This document shows positions 1 to 13,018 of a stretch of 64,000 nt of DNA, piece after piece (position 1 is the stretch's first letter; each line of letters opens with the position of its first letter). Source of the stretch: Convolutriloba macropyga (Eukaryota). Both the position numbers and the translations under genes were made by a program. The stretch lies in the NCBI RefSeq assembly GCF_964194025.1, contig NC_134479.1, forward strand, positions 30,628,001-30,692,000. The letters run 5' to 3'. The notes beneath the pieces are model-generated. The model was not told the DNA's origin. It did no database searches and saw nothing but the letters and a program-made list of their open reading frames with translations.

Positions 1-203
1 GTAGCTGTTCATTTGAGTATGAAATATCAATTAACCGTAGCTTCATGTTGAAAACAGACTTGGCTGCGATGACGATGCCAAGTGAACGGAAAATGTATTT
101 GCACCTATAGAAGCAATGCTGCTCGCCAAGGGAACAGTCTGAAATGTGGGGAATAGTGAGGAAAAGGCAGCTAAGAACAGGCCACTGTGGCCTAATGCTT
201 GTT
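1..203 (+). mobile_element. 3' portion of a SINE (same family as 36977-37315), 5' end beyond window edge
   Basis: Reverse complement aligns with 37017-37215 (AACAAGCATTAGGCCACAGTGGCCTGTTCTTAGCTGCCTTTTCCTCACTATTCCCCACATTTCAGAC vs AACAGCATTAGGTTACAGTAGCCTGTTCTCAGCTGCCTTTTTTCTTATTATTCCCCACATTTCAGAC); 3' hairpin AGGCCA-CTG-TGGCCT at 179-193. Confidence 0.7.
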
Positions 204-1789
204 GTCTGCAAATACATGTTCGTTTAGCCGAAGCGTTGCCTTTTGTCGTTATTATTAGCTTAAGATCTGCTTGGGAAAACAAATCTTTCTCAGGAGCCAA
301 TTGAGAGCTCATAAGCAATAAGACTTTTTAAACCATACATAATTCTTGTTGGAATTTTATTCAATTATACTTTAATATGATTTTGTTTCATTTTTTATCT
401 CATTGACAAATTTTTAACATGTTTCGCGGAAAACAAACACGTGCTAGTGTAAATTCGGCATGATCTTATAACTTTTCCGTTCAATATAGAAATATTTAAA
501 TTTCAGATGCAAACAAAGCGAAAAGCAAGTAACATTGCAACATTCTCAACATTTCGAAAAAACAATATGAGATATTAAAGCGTAAAAAAGTAAGGATACT
601 TCTTAGGTTTTTCAATCATATAATAAGAAAAAAGCTTTTAACCTGCGTGATGTCTGCTGTCCTTTACTGCCTCTGCTTTTCAGGTATAAGTTAGTGTACT
701 TTCTAGAGTACAGAATTAGATTGGGTGATGTGTCATCTAAGGGGTCCGGGAAGTCATTTCCCCTCGAAGTCAAAAGTGTCGCCGATGTTTGACTTCTGTT
801 CAGTCGCGGTAGCATGATTCAATCCCAAATTGTTCGACCTTGCGTTGATAAGATCTGATCTGAGATTGCAGTGTAGGTTCTATCAATATTTCGTCATGTT
901 TCTACTAGTAGAGCTTTGAGATCGTCGTTCGAAAAGAATTTTGTTCAGGAATTAATTAAATGGTTTGATCTAAACGCAGTTGGAGGTTCTAAGGTTGTAA
1001 ATTGGGTAAGGAGTTTTGCCGCAATTGAGCAATCTTTCTTAGCCTTGGAAATGGCAATAATCGTGTCATAATATTGTCAATGTAAACCGTGTTATAACTC
1101 TTGCCATAATTTTGTCAAAATTGTTTCAGAAGTTTGGCAAAAAATTTTGTTGAAATTTTGTTTTGCAAAATTTTCTGTTGTTTGTAAGTGAACGTTTGAC
1201 AATTAAGTGCGCCACTAAGGTTTAATGAAAACTAAAAACATAAAAATGTTGATAAAGGAAAAAGAAAGTAAATTCCGATCACAATGTAGTCAACAAATCT
1301 GAGGTGTCAAACAAATTTACGAAAAGTTTTCACCCGTAACGGGTATATAAGCCCACAGCAAGCATAATGCAATGTTAATTAGCAGTTTTATGATTCTGGG
1401 TCAAGATAATTAACCTGGTTGATAAAGCAATAATTAAATGGAGATAAAGTTATCAGTTATTAGGGTCAACAAAAGTTAACAAAATAGCCTTGAACCCTAT
1501 TTTCATGGACCGAAATCTGAAAGAAAGAAAAGTTCAAAGCAGGATTTTCCTTCTTTTAGAAGGAACAGAAATTCGCAGAAAATAAAAAAGAAAAAACAAA
1601 ACAGTACAAATGATTCTTGAACAAAAATGAAGTAATACAACAACAGTCAGCGAATGAAACTAAACAAAAAAGTATAACAATGGTCAGTAATTGTTTTCAA
1701 TAAAAAGGTGTGAAGAAACCGAATGAAAAGTCAATCAAAGATCTAGATATCGAGTTAAGTTTCGACTGAAGATTTTTCAGCGGGATCTG

Positions 1790-2865
1790 AAAAGGTGTTG
1801 AAGTTGGTTCATATCTCAGCTTGAATTAAAAGTACATGCACTAAATCTATTTCCAATTTTTTCTGATTTTTTTCTAATTAATCCGAAACAAAGGCAGCAG
1901 AAAATTATAAAAACCCTTGTTTTCAAAACTTTTCGGAGTTAGTGCTGTTATAAGAAGTTGCGGCAACCTATAGAGTAAAGCTTGAAAAATTTGCTTGATC
2001 TTTCCTGTTTGTGTTACTTTATTTCAATTAATTGTTTCTTGTTCGTCTTTCGAATAAAAAATCAGTTACTCAATTATGAACAATTATAAAAAAGAGCAAG
2101 ACAAAACTTTTAACTATGTAATCAATACTACAATGTAAACGAAACGTTGAGTTGTACAAAAACTTCTGCTAGTCTCACAAAAGTCAAAATTTAGTCATAG
2201 AACAATAATTTGTATTTTGTTTCTCGCTTGTTTCTCTACTTGACAGCATTACTCAGTCATAACAAGTATGGTTCAGTTAAAACCATTACAAGCCATAACT
2301 CAAGCCATAAACAATCATTATGGCCATCAAAACATTGACATACTTGGTATGAAAAACTTTGTTACATAATTGTAATATTTTTGTAGAAAAAATAGCATGT
2401 ATTTATTAGTTTGTTAATGAATCACTTGTAATTATGCATGCCAGAAATGTTTGGCTATATTTTAGCATTTGATAAGCATGATGGAAACAACATGAACCCC
2501 GTCGTCTTTAAAAATTTTGATTTTAGTGAAGATCGAAATTAAAAGCACCAGTTTTTTTGCCAAAGCAAATTTGTATATGTTCTAGAAAACTGTGTTTCTT
2601 CGAGACCTGAAAAGGTGTTTTGAAGTTGCTTCAAAGTACATGCGCTGAATTTATTTCCATTTTTTCTTGTAATCCGAAAACACAGACAGCAGAAAATATT
2701 TCAAAAAAAGTCTGATTTGCAAAACCTTTTGAAGTTGGTGGCGTTATCAGAGGTTGACGAAACTTAGGGAGTAAAGCTTTAAAATTTTTCGCTTGATCTT
2801 TCCTAATTCTGCTAATTTTAATTAACATTTTTGCGCGTCTTTTGAATGAAAAATCTGTTACAGCT
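1790..2865. repeat. Diverged direct repeat pair (~1790-2070 and ~2610-2865)
   Basis: Colinear shared blocks AAAGGTGTT..GAAGTTG, AAAGTACATGC, AATCCGAAA, CAGCAGAAAAT, GAGTAAAGCTT, GCTTGATCTTTCCT, CGTCTTT. Confidence 0.7.
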
Positions 2866-5800
2866 GTTTTCAACATAAACTGTTTCCAACAATGTTTAGA
2901 GGGAATGGTTTAGACAGGCTGTGATCTCTTACTCAACAAAAACGCACAATGCAAAATTTCATGAGGACCAGTTTTCATTTTTAACTAAAACACCGAGATA
3001 AAACTTCAAAAAATTAGATTCAAAAATGAAAAAAACGCAATCTCTTTTTAATAAATTGTTCCTCATAAATAGCCTGCTTGTACTCTATAGGAATAGAACC
3101 TGAGAAATTCCAGGAAAACTTTACAACTGTGTTACTGTGAAAATCAAAAGGACTCACTAGTTGAAAATACCGTATTTGTTATAAGATTTCTCCAAAACGT
3201 ATTGTGGAGCACGGTATGTTCCTCACTACAGCTATTTAGAGCTACATTTCGTTTGACCCAATGTGCCAAATGGATTTTGCTCCCTGTAAAATTTTCTTCT
3301 TCCCAAACTGTTTTGTATGTGTGCGTGCGTAATGATTTCAGCAAAATTATACCAAAAATTAAACTTATAATATCTGTTTCCAACTTTATTTTCCTGAAAA
3401 ACGCTCATCCAAAGTCGTTTCCTGACACAAAGTTATCAATAGAATGTAACCTATGCCATCATCGGTTACATTTATTGGCATAAAAAATTGATAGCATAAA
3501 TTATAGTTTAGGTCTTCTTAGATCTTGCACATTTTTGCGGAAACAACTTCAGCTGAAACTTGAGGATTAAAAAACTTTCTGTACAGTTTGTGGATCGTGC
3601 TCGAAATCCAGCATACCTCCTCTTTCAAAACGAGATTTTTGATACGACAACTACAATCCAAGAAAACGGATTTTTTTAAAATAAATTAACCGGTTTTTGT
3701 TCAATATGTAAATTGGCAACTTTGAGGAAAACAAAACCGCGGAATTAGATAGAGATAATGTTGAATAAAATATCAAGAAATGAAAAGTGTTTAACTAGTG
3801 GTCACTCTTTGTAACAGAAGACATGCCAACTCAAATTTAAAAAGCACACCCAAAACAGAATTCCATCTCAATTACTTTGCCCTATGTTGATATGTTAAAC
3901 AATCTTCAAGTTTAACAAACAGCCTTGCAAAAATGTGGCCAGTCAATGACTAACCACACAACGAAGAGCGCAACCAGAAACATAAATTGAAATTGCAAAA
4001 AGCAGAACTTAAGAAGACAAAAACAAATAATTTCAATTAGTATATCACTGGCACAAATTCAACTAACTATTCCGAGCAAAAAAACACGCATATACTGTTT
4101 GAACGACGAATATTTACTAGAAAGATTTTTGTCAAACTTTAGGGATCTGCGAACACAAGAGAACTAGGCGAAAAGAGGGATAGAAGAATACACCTCCAAA
4201 ACCAGGTTTTTTTTGTAAAATCCAACATAAATGCCAGCCACAAACATCAAAATTATCCGTAAACTTCATTTTTGAGTTGTTTGTTAGTCCCTCTTTGTCT
4301 TCAAGCAGGATGCGAAGAAACCAGAATTTAATTTTTGCTTCAAATTTTTACCAACAAAAGTTTAAAAGGAACATAGCCGCAAGATTCCGGGAAGGGCTGT
4401 TAGCCTCAAACTCCTCCTTACTAAAAAGTGAAACTCGATGATTGCCTCAAGTGAAACGCGATATTTCCCGTCAGCATCCTAAATGCTAACAAACATAAGC
4501 CACGATAAAATTGGCGTAACTCAAACTGAATTTCAAACTGCAAGTGGGAGAGAATAGTGGTGGAAAATAGCTACTTTTTTGACCGAAAAAAAATCTAAAA
4601 CACAGAATGGTCTAAAAGATTCTAAAACAGGAAAACCGGGAAAGTCGCTCAAAATTGGGTGGAGAAATTTAATAATTAATCACTAAGATCATGAAAATGT
4701 TTGGAACAGTCTTTAATAATATCTAGCTAGAAAGACGAATTTTGTCGAATAACACTGAATTAAAACTCATAAACTGCTTGGAAAAAGGCGCACATGAACC
4801 AATGAATTTGCTTGCTCGACAAACATTGCATCACAACTTCATTTTTTCTCTGTTACAATTGAAGGTATAAACAAAAAAACTATTCGCTCTTATCTAAGAT
4901 TTCCGAAACTTTCAAGGACGACCCGGGTTTGTTGCTTGCTCACTTATAAAATAACAGAAAGCCATGACTCTTCTTCGAGTCGTAAAAATCAAAGCTGCAT
5001 TAGTTTTTTTTTGTTTTGTAGTTGTGAAACCGAAATTCACAATAACTCCTCTTCAGGTCCTTAATTACAGCCAATGGAGTAGCTGAGGGCGGCTATTGAA
5101 AATATATATTTAGCAGGTTGGAAGACGTCCTGTGCGAAGCACAGCAGAAGCCAAATCGAAAAAGTTTGCTTTCTTATACCTTTTTGGAACCCTAATTGCA
5201 ATTTTGTTTCAAGCCATAACTATTGGAGTGGAAACAAAATGCCGTTCGTTATTAGAAATCAAGCAATTATTCCGCATTTTTGCAAGTTGTAGCCAAGGTG
5301 TGTGCAGGTCAATTTGCTTCGAATATCTCTAAAAGATATGGCGTTGGAGCAAAGTTTTTGTTCAGTCTTTGTTAAGTATTCCAACAACACTACAATAGAG
5401 AAAAATTATTAGTTTATCATTAAATGTGATACAATTTTTTTTACAGATAACAAACATCATCAGGTAACGGCCCAATCAGCAGATAATGTTGACAATATTA
5501 CTTTTCCATAGCATATTATTTTGAAAAAATTTGTAATTGTGAATTGTTCAATTGTATATGAGTGTAAATTGTATCCTGCCCCGTTCCAAAATTCCGATTA
5601 TCTTTCAATTTCGGATCTAAGAGAAATAAATGTGAAAATATACGCGTTTTGCATTCAAAGTAAATAACCAGATTTTATTGAATAAAACGCTTTTAAGGCG
5701 TTTCATAAAATTACAATTAACTGATGGGCAGTCAAACGTGCAGCAAAACGTCGATTTCAAAAATATGGTCAAACAAAATCCGTTTTATGATCGCCTTTTT

Positions 5801-6584
5801 TGTTCAATTGTTTACGTGAACGAATCATGATCAGAATGCGTAACACATTGAAAGCCAATCAGATTAACCGATATCCATTTATGCTTTCCATATTTGGAAA
5901 GCTTAAAAATCTAACGGCAATAAAATAATCAACAGGAATATAGTAAACTAACTAACCATTTAATCTTTTTTCTGCAAATTATTAGTAAATAACAAAACGA
6001 AGCGCCTCAAATTATTACAATTTGAAAAAGTGTTAAAAGATTATTAACTTTTGTTTCAAATAAGAAATCAACGCCAACTAATAAACAGATGAAAGCAATC
6101 TTTTATGTTCCTTTTTCATTCAATATGGTTTTGATCTGCTTCAAAACCTCTTTCAAAGTCCGAAAAAGAAACGACGCATTACTTTTAATTTTCCTCGCTT
6201 TCAATGGAATAAACTGGAAAAAGCAGCGCGTGCGTCTTAATATAAATACATATGCCTCTAATGTTTTCAATGTTTTCTTTAATGGTAAGATATATGCCAT
6301 AGTTAGAAGGCCTCCACAAAACCATGTTTTAAACCTACTGCACGTGTAATTAAACATTTAAAAACATTTAATTATAAATACAGATATTTTCCACCTGGCT
6401 TGAAAGTTCAACTTCTCTTGTAAATAGCTCTCAATGGTAAAATCACGTTCAAGGCCTTAAAAATGCGTGCACGCTGCCGGAATACCTAAGTGACTTAAGA
6501 GTTTTGGTAACAACAAGAATGTGACAAATTGGCCAAGACGAAATCAAATTTAAAAAAACGAAGAACGAAAACCGGATCTGTTCT

Positions 6585-6803
6585 TGTCAAGGACAGGTTG
6601 ACTTTTGATCGATTTCAACGAAAAAGCCGGCAAAACGAAAACACAATTATTGTCAAAACCTGGCGGAAGTAGTCGACTTCTCAAAAAAACCTTTTATAGC
6701 AACAAACAAGCGAAACAAAACGAATCAAATTTAATTTTACTTTAATAATACACAATCAAAATAGTCCTAAGCATCCCCCCAATCCCAACACAATTCATTA
6801 ACA
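6585..6803 (+). repeat. 5' LTR (219 bp)
   Basis: TGTCAAG...TTAACA; 7 mismatches to the 3' LTR by manual alignment (~97% identity). Confidence 0.95.
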
Positions 6804-6807
6804 TTTT

Positions 6808-6818
6808 TGGCACCCAAC
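6808..6818 (+). promoter_or_regulatory. Primer-binding site, tRNA-Lys(CUU)-like
   Basis: TGGCACCCAAC 4 nt after the LTR; 10/11 match to the Lys1,2-type PBS TGGCGCCCAAC. Confidence 0.6.
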
Positions 6819-7060
6819 ACAACAGCTTCGAAACCACGCCTAAAGCTAAGTAGTGTTTTCAAAAAAAAACATACATTCTCCAATGAGCTAAGCCGATGTG
6901 CACCATGATTTTTTTTCAATGTTTCAGAATATCCAAGTATCAGAAATTAGACTTGTTTAAAAACAATTATACTATGGTGGGGTAACTACACAAAAAGACA
7001 CAAAAAGACAAAGATAAAGATTGCAACATTCGGTATTTTATCGATATTTAATTTCGCTTG

Positions 7061-8240
7061 TTGCTTTTCGGTTCTTCTGGGGTTTTACCCACCCCGAGGA
7101 CCCCCTTCTGGTTGGTCGCTTCCCCAACCCCCCACTTGCTTTGCGGTTCTTCTGGGGTTTTACCCACCCCGAGGACCCCCTTCTGGTTGGTCGCTTCCCC
7201 AACTCCCCCCCCCCCATTTGCTTTTCGGTTTTTCTGGGGTTTTACCCACCCCGAGGACCCCCTTCTGGTTGGTCGCTTCCCCAACCCCCACCCCATTTGC
7301 TTTTCGGTTTTTCTGGGGTTTTACCCACCCCGAGGACCCCCTTCTGGTTGGTCGCTTCCCCCAACTCCCCCCCCCATTTGCTTTTCGGTTCTTCTGGGGT
7401 TTTACCCTCCCCGAGGACCCCCTTCTGGTTGGTTGTTTCCCCAACCCCCACTTGCTTTTCGGTTCTTCTGGGGTTTTACCCACCCCGAGGACCCCCTTCT
7501 GGTTGGTCGCTTCCCCAACCCCCCCCATTTGCTTTTCGGTTTTTCTGGGGTTTTACCCTCCCCGAGGACCCCCTTCGGGTTGGTTGTTTCCCCAACCCCC
7601 ACTTGCTTTTCGGTTCTTCTGGGGTTTTACCCACCCCGAGTACCCCCTTCTGGTTGGTCGCTTCCCCAACCCCCCCCCCCCATTTGCTTTTCGGTTCTTC
7701 TGGGGTTTTACCCACCCCGGGGACACCTTTCTGGTTGGTTGTTTACCCAACCCCCCACTTGCTTTTCGGTTCTTCTGGAGTTTTACCCACACCGAGGACC
7801 CCCTTCTGGTTGGTCGCTTCCCCAACCCCCCCCCCCCTTTGCTTTTCGGTTCTTCTGGGTTTTACCCACCCCGAGAATGGCCTTCTGGTTGGTCGTTTCC
7901 CCAACCCCCCACTTGCTTTTCGGTTCTTCTGGGGTTTTACCCACCCCGAAGACCCCCTTCTGGTTGGTCGCTTCCCCAACTCCCACTTGCTTTTCGGTTC
8001 TTCTGGTGTTTTACCCACCCCGAGGACCCCCTTCTGGTTGTTTCGGTTGTTCTGGGTTTTACCCACCCCGAGGACCCCCTTCTGGTTGGTCGCTTCCCCA
8101 ACCTCCCACTTGCTTTTCGGTTATTCTGGGGTTTTAGCAACCCCGAGGACCCACTTCTGGTTGATCGTTTCACCAACCCAACGCCTTCTTTCCAGATCTT
8201 CTAGAGTTTTACCCGACCCGAGGTCCCTTTCTGGTATGCC
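7061..8240. repeat. Minisatellite, ~16 copies of a 74-82 bp unit in the BEL leader
   Basis: Unit TTGCTTTTCGGTTCTTCTGGGGTTTTACCCACCCCGAGGACCCCCTTCTGGTTGGTCGCTTCCCCAA(C)nAC/AT; starts at 7061, 7136, 7218, 7297, 7378, 7452, 7529, 7603, 7684, 7759, 7839, 7913, 7987 (truncated), ~8038, 8110, ~8185 (degenerate). Confidence 0.95.
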
Positions 8241-8254
8241 CTATTGATAGTATC

Positions 8255-8600
8255 TGTCGTTCGGTAGGTAGAGGTAGGTTCAGGTATTTGGTAGGTATGT
8301 GCTTTTGGTAGGACTTGGCTTTGGTAGGTATAGGTAGGTTCCGTCTTTTGGTAGGTATTGGTAGGTTCCGGTAATTGGTAGGTAATGGTTTTGTAGGTAT
8401 TGGTAGGTTCCAGTATTTAGTATGTATTGGTTTTGGTAGTTATTGGTAGCTTTTGGCCTTTGTTAGGTATTGTTAGGTTCCGGTATTTGGTAAGTAATGG
8501 TTTTGTAGGTAGTGCTGGGTTCCGGGTTTTGGTAGGTATTGCTATTTTGTAGGTATTGGTTGGCTCTAACAATTGTTAGGCATTGATTTTCATAGGTATT
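8255..8600. repeat. Degenerate short-period TTGGTAGGT(A/T) repeat in the BEL leader
   Basis: Many copies of GGTAGGTA/GGTAGGTTCC in succession, decaying toward the gag start. Confidence 0.85.
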
Positions 8601-8691
8601 ATTAGCTTCTTGCGGTAACAAAAATCTACTGTAACCACCAAAACATTTCTGACTGTACTCGGTTTGTCTACACAACTCTAACTTCTCATTA

Positions 8692-10500
8692 ATGGTTGAG
8701 ACGCGGTCATCCTCAAACAATACAGTGCCCAAAATGAGTACTAATTCATCCGACTCCCCAGATGAAACAATGTTAACTCAACAATCCATTGGTACCTCAA
8801 CAGCAGTCAAGTCAAATGAACAGAAGCGATTAGAAACGTCAAAACTAATGATTGAAAATGACATAAAGCTTCATATTGACTACATGCTTTCTGAAATTGA
8901 AGCTTCGGACGATTTGGAAAGTTTAAACGAAATGAAAGAAGACATAAGAGCAATGCAACAGAAACTTGAGTTCATAATTTTTGAACTGCTTAATTTCGTT
9001 GAGCTTGATGAACAAGATCAGATGTCCAGAGACTTCATTCGGCTAAAAATAGACATAAAAAGGACTTTCACGTTAATAAGAAAACAAGTTAAAGAGGTAA
9101 ACACAAGAAACCAGCAAGAAATGACTGCTTCAGAACCAGACTCCATGAAAACCATCGTCCATGATGACAATATAATGCTACATCAACAGCAACAGCCTCG
9201 CCTCAATTTTGTTTTCGACGACTCCGTTACTGAACAAACTCATTCATTTAATTCCGCTTCAGCGCCCGCTGGAAGCTCTTTTGCCGTTAGTTCAAGTTGT
9301 ACTGCACCCGGTGGTTCAACTTACAATGGCCACACAACGTCTTCCTTTTTGAGATTCTCAACTGCTCCCTACAGCACATCTCAACCATCTTTCGTGAGTG
9401 TTCCAGTCGGATATCTGTCAACAAATGTCACATCTCTCTGTCAAAACTACCCTAATCCATCCAATCCGTCAACTTTCAGTAGTTTCTCGCAACCTATTGT
9501 TTCACAAATGCCACAATTTTCTGGACAATCAGTATTGATCTGCACGTGTTTCCAGAAATCTGTACCAAAATTAAATGCAGATCATTTCAATGGTGATCCT
9601 TTGAGTTGGATGAAATGGTTCAGCACCTTTCAAGCTACTATTGACCGAAGTCCAATGATATCACCCGAAAAAATGATTCATTTACAGTCGCTTTTAAACG
9701 GCGAAGCCAAGGCCCTTGTGGACGGTTATGGTTGCAACGGTGACCTATACGCTTCAGCAATAAATCGCCTCCAAGAGCATTCTGGTAACCCAAAACGAAT
9801 AGTAAACGCATTTCTGGAAAAGCTCTCAAGTTTCAAAGCCCCAAACCTAGCTCATCCAGAAAGCTACACACAGTTCTCTTGCTTTCTTTTAACAATGGTG
9901 GACACCTTCTCCCAACAAGGTTTCATTCACGATCTACATTCAACAACTAACTTGAACGTTGCACTCGCAAAGCTTCCCAACCCTGTACGGCTCGAGTGGA
10001 ACAAATTTGTTTTGAAGAAAAACTATCAACAACCGTCTCGCCAAACACTATCTGAGTGGCTTCTCAACTTCTCTAAAGCATGTAATGATTTGAACTCTAT
10101 AATTCACGTTACGCAAAACAACTTCAAAACACCTGGGAAACCAACTTTTTTAGCCGATATAATAACGCTACCAATGGCAAGAAAAATAGTTACCAGAGGC
10201 AATTTCGAAACAACGTAAGTGATTACTTGCAGTCTGAAAACAAACAGACAGCAATCAAGCCATGCCCCAGCAAAGAAAATTGTCAATTCTTGTATAAATA
10301 TACGCATTTCCAGTCTCTTCCACCGAGCATTCGAAGAAACCACATAAGAAAACTTAAGTTGTGTTTTAACTGTTTTGGAAGTCACCACGTCGACAAGTGC
10401 ACCTCAAAAAACGTCTGCCGTAATAACAATTGTGGAAAACCAAAGCAGCACGCTCTGCTTCATGATAGTTTCGATATAAATCCTGGCTCTAAGAAACCTA
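8692..10500 (+). pseudogene. gag: BEL/Pao gag (DUF1759-like capsid region plus Cys/His knuckles), frameshifted
   Basis: ORF 8692-10218 has FNGDPLSWMKWFSTF...EKMIHLQSLLNGEAKALV; next ORF (10227-) has CFNCFGSHHVDKC and CRNNNCGKPKQHALLH. Confidence 0.9.
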
Positions 10501-11347
10501 ACGTTAAAGCAGTCCATTTACAAGGAACAGGTCAAATCGCCGTAGTTCCTGTGCAACTGAGAAATGGTGAGAAGACCTTAAGTACATATGCTTATTTAGA
10601 CAATGGTAGCTGTCAGAGCTTAATGCTTAAGTCAGCAGCCTCAGAACTAAACATTGACATGAAATTCGTTGGAAAAATGCCAATCAGTGCATACCACATG
10701 ACAAAGAAATTGACTGCGCTCCTGTAAAAGTTTACATTAAGCCACTGCAGTCTGATCAGCAATCCTTCCTTCTAACTGACGTAATTGCTGTCCCGAATCT
10801 GAATATGTCCCCTGTCGATACACAAAAATTGAACCAACTCTGTGCATCGTTTGAACACCTCAGTCATATCAGTTTTCCTGAGATTGGGAATAACTCTGTC
10901 TCAATAATCCTTGGGATAGATAATCTTGATCTCATTCAATACAAACAAATAGTGAAAGGACCCAAGAATGCTCCTTGGGGAGTAGAGACCCAGCTAGGCT
11001 GGACATGTGCAGGAAAGACAGATTTGGCACTAGACGAAATTCACTCAATACATCGTACAATTCACTCAATTGAATAGCCACCCTAATATGGATGAACAAA
11101 TGTTCAAAATGGTATCAGATTGGATGAAAATCGAAAACCTAGGCATAGCGTCACCCAAAAAGGCAATGTCCAAAAATGATAAAAAGAACCCTTGAAGTAC
11201 TGGAGAACACAACACAACTCCTTGACGGACACTATCAAGTTGGTCTCCTCTGGAAGGAAAATGCGAAACTTCCCAACAACAGACGGCTCGCTGAGAAGCA
11301 ACTTTACCAATTGAACGACAAACTCAAAAAACCCTCAGCTCAAACAA
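10501..11347 (+). pseudogene. BEL/Pao aspartic protease and linker, frameshifted
   Basis: TYAYLDNGSCQSL (protease D-x-G), IILGIDN, ETQLGWTC, GHYQVGLLWKE spread over three ORF fragments. Confidence 0.85.
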
Positions 11348-13018
11348 ATGTACGAAGAAACGCTTGAGAATGATCTACTAAACGGATATGTCGCTAAAGT
11401 TGATTCGGATACCGAGGACTCGGATTCGATTGCTTCTTTCCTATCTCACCATCCAGTAACTAACGAGAACAATCCCGGTAAAGTGCGGCGCGTAGCCAAT
11501 GCGTCAAGTGTTTTTCAAGGTCAGTCCTTGAATTCAAACTTACTGAAAGGACCAGATCTGCTTAGTAACCTTACCGGCGTTATTCTGCGATTCAGAGAGG
11601 ACAACATTGCATTATCCGCAGACATTGAACAGATGTTCATGCAGGTCAAAGTAACTCCTGAAGATCGAAAATTTCTGCGTTTTCTCTGGATTAATGATGG
11701 TCGCGTTGATACATACGAGTACACAAGCCATATTTTTGGCGCTACGGACTCGCCTTGCATTGCATCATATGCACTGAGAAAATCAGCTCGTGACAGTTGT
11801 GAACAGTTTCCAGATGTCATAAAATACATTGAACGCAACGTCTACATGGACGACTTCTATGTTGCTACTCACTCAGTAGAAAAGGCACAAAGAATACAAC
11901 GTGAAATGAGAGCAACATTATCAAGAGGAGGCTTCAACCTCACCAAATGGAATTCTAACAGTTCTGAGTTCCTTGAAACTCTAGAGCCTGGCATAAGATT
12001 GGACCCATCAAAAGTTCAGCCTCAAAATCAGAAGGCACTTGGATTACCATGGATCCCACTAACTGATTGCTATATGATTGAAACTAAGCTCTTCCAAAAA
12101 ATCAATTTCAATGAGGATATAACTCAGAGAAAACTACTGAGATTTGTAGCGTCTCTATTTGATCCACTTGGCTTTATTACTCCTTTAACTATTCGACTGC
12201 GGAAAGTTTTACAGGCTGCTTGGAATCAAGGACCGAAATGGGATAAGCCACTTCTTGTTCAAAAATTTCCAGATGTTTTCAGTTTAAGGGATGAAATCCC
12301 CAACTTAAAAGACCTACAAATACCCAGAAAGTACTTTCTAGACAAGCCTATCCGGTCAGTTCAACTTCATACGTTTACTGATGCTTCCGAGTTCGCTCTG
12401 TCAGCCGTCTGTTATATCAGGGTTGAGTACTCCGATCAGTCAATTTTCGTTAGATTCGTTATAGTAAATGCTCGTGTAGCCCCGCTGAAAAAGATGACCA
12501 TTCCAAATTTAGAATTGCAAGCAGCTGTGTACGGTGCCCAACTTGCACAATTTTTTAAAGAAGAACAAGATATAGATTTCGCCGAAAGCATATATTGGTC
12601 TGACAGCACAACTGTTCTCTACTGGTTGCGAACACCTGAAATGCGACACAGAATTTTCATTGCCAATCGCTTGGCCAAAATTTTGGATGTCTCATCTGCT
12701 TTTGATTGGAGGTACATTCCATCGGCAGCGAACCCAGCAGATGACGGAACTCGAGGTTATAGTGTTTACCAAATGACATCGCAATCTCGCTGGATTTCAG
12801 GACCGTCGTTTTTGAGTAAACATAGATCAGACTGGCCCAAACAAGAGATTCTGCAATCGCAATATGTGAAGATAGTATCTTTCTCTTCCTCAGTACCTGT
12901 AACAGAAACTGTTGTCGATTTGAAGAGATTCAGCAGTTGGAATAAATTAATACAAGTAATCGCCTTTTGTTTCTTCTTTGCCGATAAGTGCAGGAAGCCT
13001 AGTAAAAACATTCAGTAA
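11348..13018 (+). pseudogene. pol: BEL/Pao reverse transcriptase and RNase H
   Basis: SLNSNLLKGPDL, ADIEQMFMQV, FGATDSP, YMDD, FDPLG, LHTFTDASE, LELQAA, WSDSTT, NPADDGTRG. Confidence 0.95.

Noticed and set aside
43-318. 91-aa ORF and similar ORF 36991-37218 as paralogous genes
   Set aside because: The similarity is explained by the antisense strand of SINE copies.
7021-8247. Long ORFs (408, 359, 328 aa and many minus ORFs), and a CRISPR-like look
   Set aside because: The unit simply lacks stop codons and poly-C length changes shift frames freely. Units are contiguous with no unique spacers and there are no cas genes.
8463-8732. Antisense ORF over the gag start
   Set aside because: Low-complexity product of the GGTAGGT repeat.
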